DNA of 64,000 nucleotides, taken from an uncultured Methylococcaceae bacterium. Lineage in GTDB: Bacteria; Pseudomonadota; Gammaproteobacteria; Methylococcales; Methylococcaceae. Positions 63,397-64,000 of this stretch are shown piece after piece. Made by a program: the position numbers and the translations under genes. The notes below the pieces were generated by a model. The model was not told the origin of the DNA and made no database searches. It saw only the letters and a list, made by a program, of their open reading frames with translations. The stretch's first letter is position 1, and each line of letters starts with the position of its first letter. The DNA is taken from positions 6,281 through 70,280 of the forward strand of contig CAZXXC010000002.1 of NCBI GenBank assembly GCA_964644665.1, given 5' to 3'.

Positions 63397-63611
63397 CGTG
63401 TCCAATGTCCATTTTTTCGACGCACATTATCGCACGAGAACACCCGCCTTTCAGTGGCGGCGCAGGGCCTCTGGGTGACACCACGGCGCCGCCGGTGGGC
63501 TCGACCTTGCCGATTTGCGCTGTGGTGGTTAGCATTCCACCGGTGGCGCTCCGAGGATCCGCCTCGGGGCGGTGTCATCCGGCCGTCCCCAACACCAGGA
63601 AATTTCCGTTC

Positions 63612-64000
63612 ATGTTCCATTCCGCCCGCCGGGCCTTGCAACGCCGACTCGACGCGTGGGCGGTCTATCGGCGATACCGGGCCTTGCCGTTGTTGGCCCA
63701 GCGACTTCTGATCGTCGGTTCGCTGGCCTTCGGCGTGACTCTGGTGCTGACGATCATTTATTTCTATGTCAGTCCGATCATCGCAGCCGGAGCGCTGGCG
63801 AGCATGCTGGCCGGTCTGGCGACCGGCCTGGGGGCGCTGCCGGCGCTCTTCGTCAAGCGCGTTTCGCAGCGGACTTTATATGCCATGCTGGGCGGTGCCG
63901 CCGGTGTCATGCTGGCTGCGACGGCATTTTCGCTGCTGGTTCCCGGCATCGATTACGGTAATCAGGTTTGGCCCGGCCGAGGGATTTTCGCCGTCGCCGG
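63612..64000 (+). CDS. ZIP (ZupT/GufA) family metal transporter, partial (runs off the right edge)
   Basis: My own translation from ATG 63612 gives ...AGLATGLGALPALF...MLGGAAGVMLAATAFSLLVPGI; it has no stop in the window, so it is absent from the ORF track. Confidence 0.85.
   Translation, partial: MFHSARRALQRRLDAWAVYRRYRALPLLAQRLLIVGSLAFGVTLVLTIIYFYVSPIIAAGALASMLAGLATGLGALPALFVKRVSQRTLYAMLGGAAGVMLAATAFSLLVPGIDYGNQVWPGRGIFAVA

Overview
GC-rich gammaproteobacterial chromosomal segment. Gene content suggests a sterol-making Methylococcaceae-type methanotroph, which is inference only. The left ~23 kb is accessory-like. It holds a sterol-modification locus: an SDR, a Rieske oxygenase and a DHCR24-type reductase matching the sdmB-sdmA-C24 reductase arrangement, plus a second, divergently transcribed Rieske oxygenase followed by a membrane-anchored TAXI-type binding protein. 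It also holds a PreP/M16C peptidase, a sigma-less partner-switching set (STAS, RsbW-like kinase, multi-PAS PP2C phosphatase) wrapped around an N-terminally shortened large NAD-glutamate dehydrogenase, and sodB/LysR. The remainder is housekeeping: galE-moeA-mobB-epimerase, phoU, bamA-skp-fabZ-lpxA-rnhB, queF, smc-zipA-ligA, a dcw cluster (mraZ to lpxC) that contains murB but lacks murF, dciA, a Pat-type acetyltransferase, dedA, pcm, surE and a partial ZIP transporter. I saw no tRNA, rRNA, CRISPR array, transposase or phage gene. The best leads are the two-Rieske sterol locus, the partner-switch/GDH module, and tandem NrdR-like boxes on a second promoter upstream of the dcw cluster. All calls come from motif recognition by eye; no searches were run.
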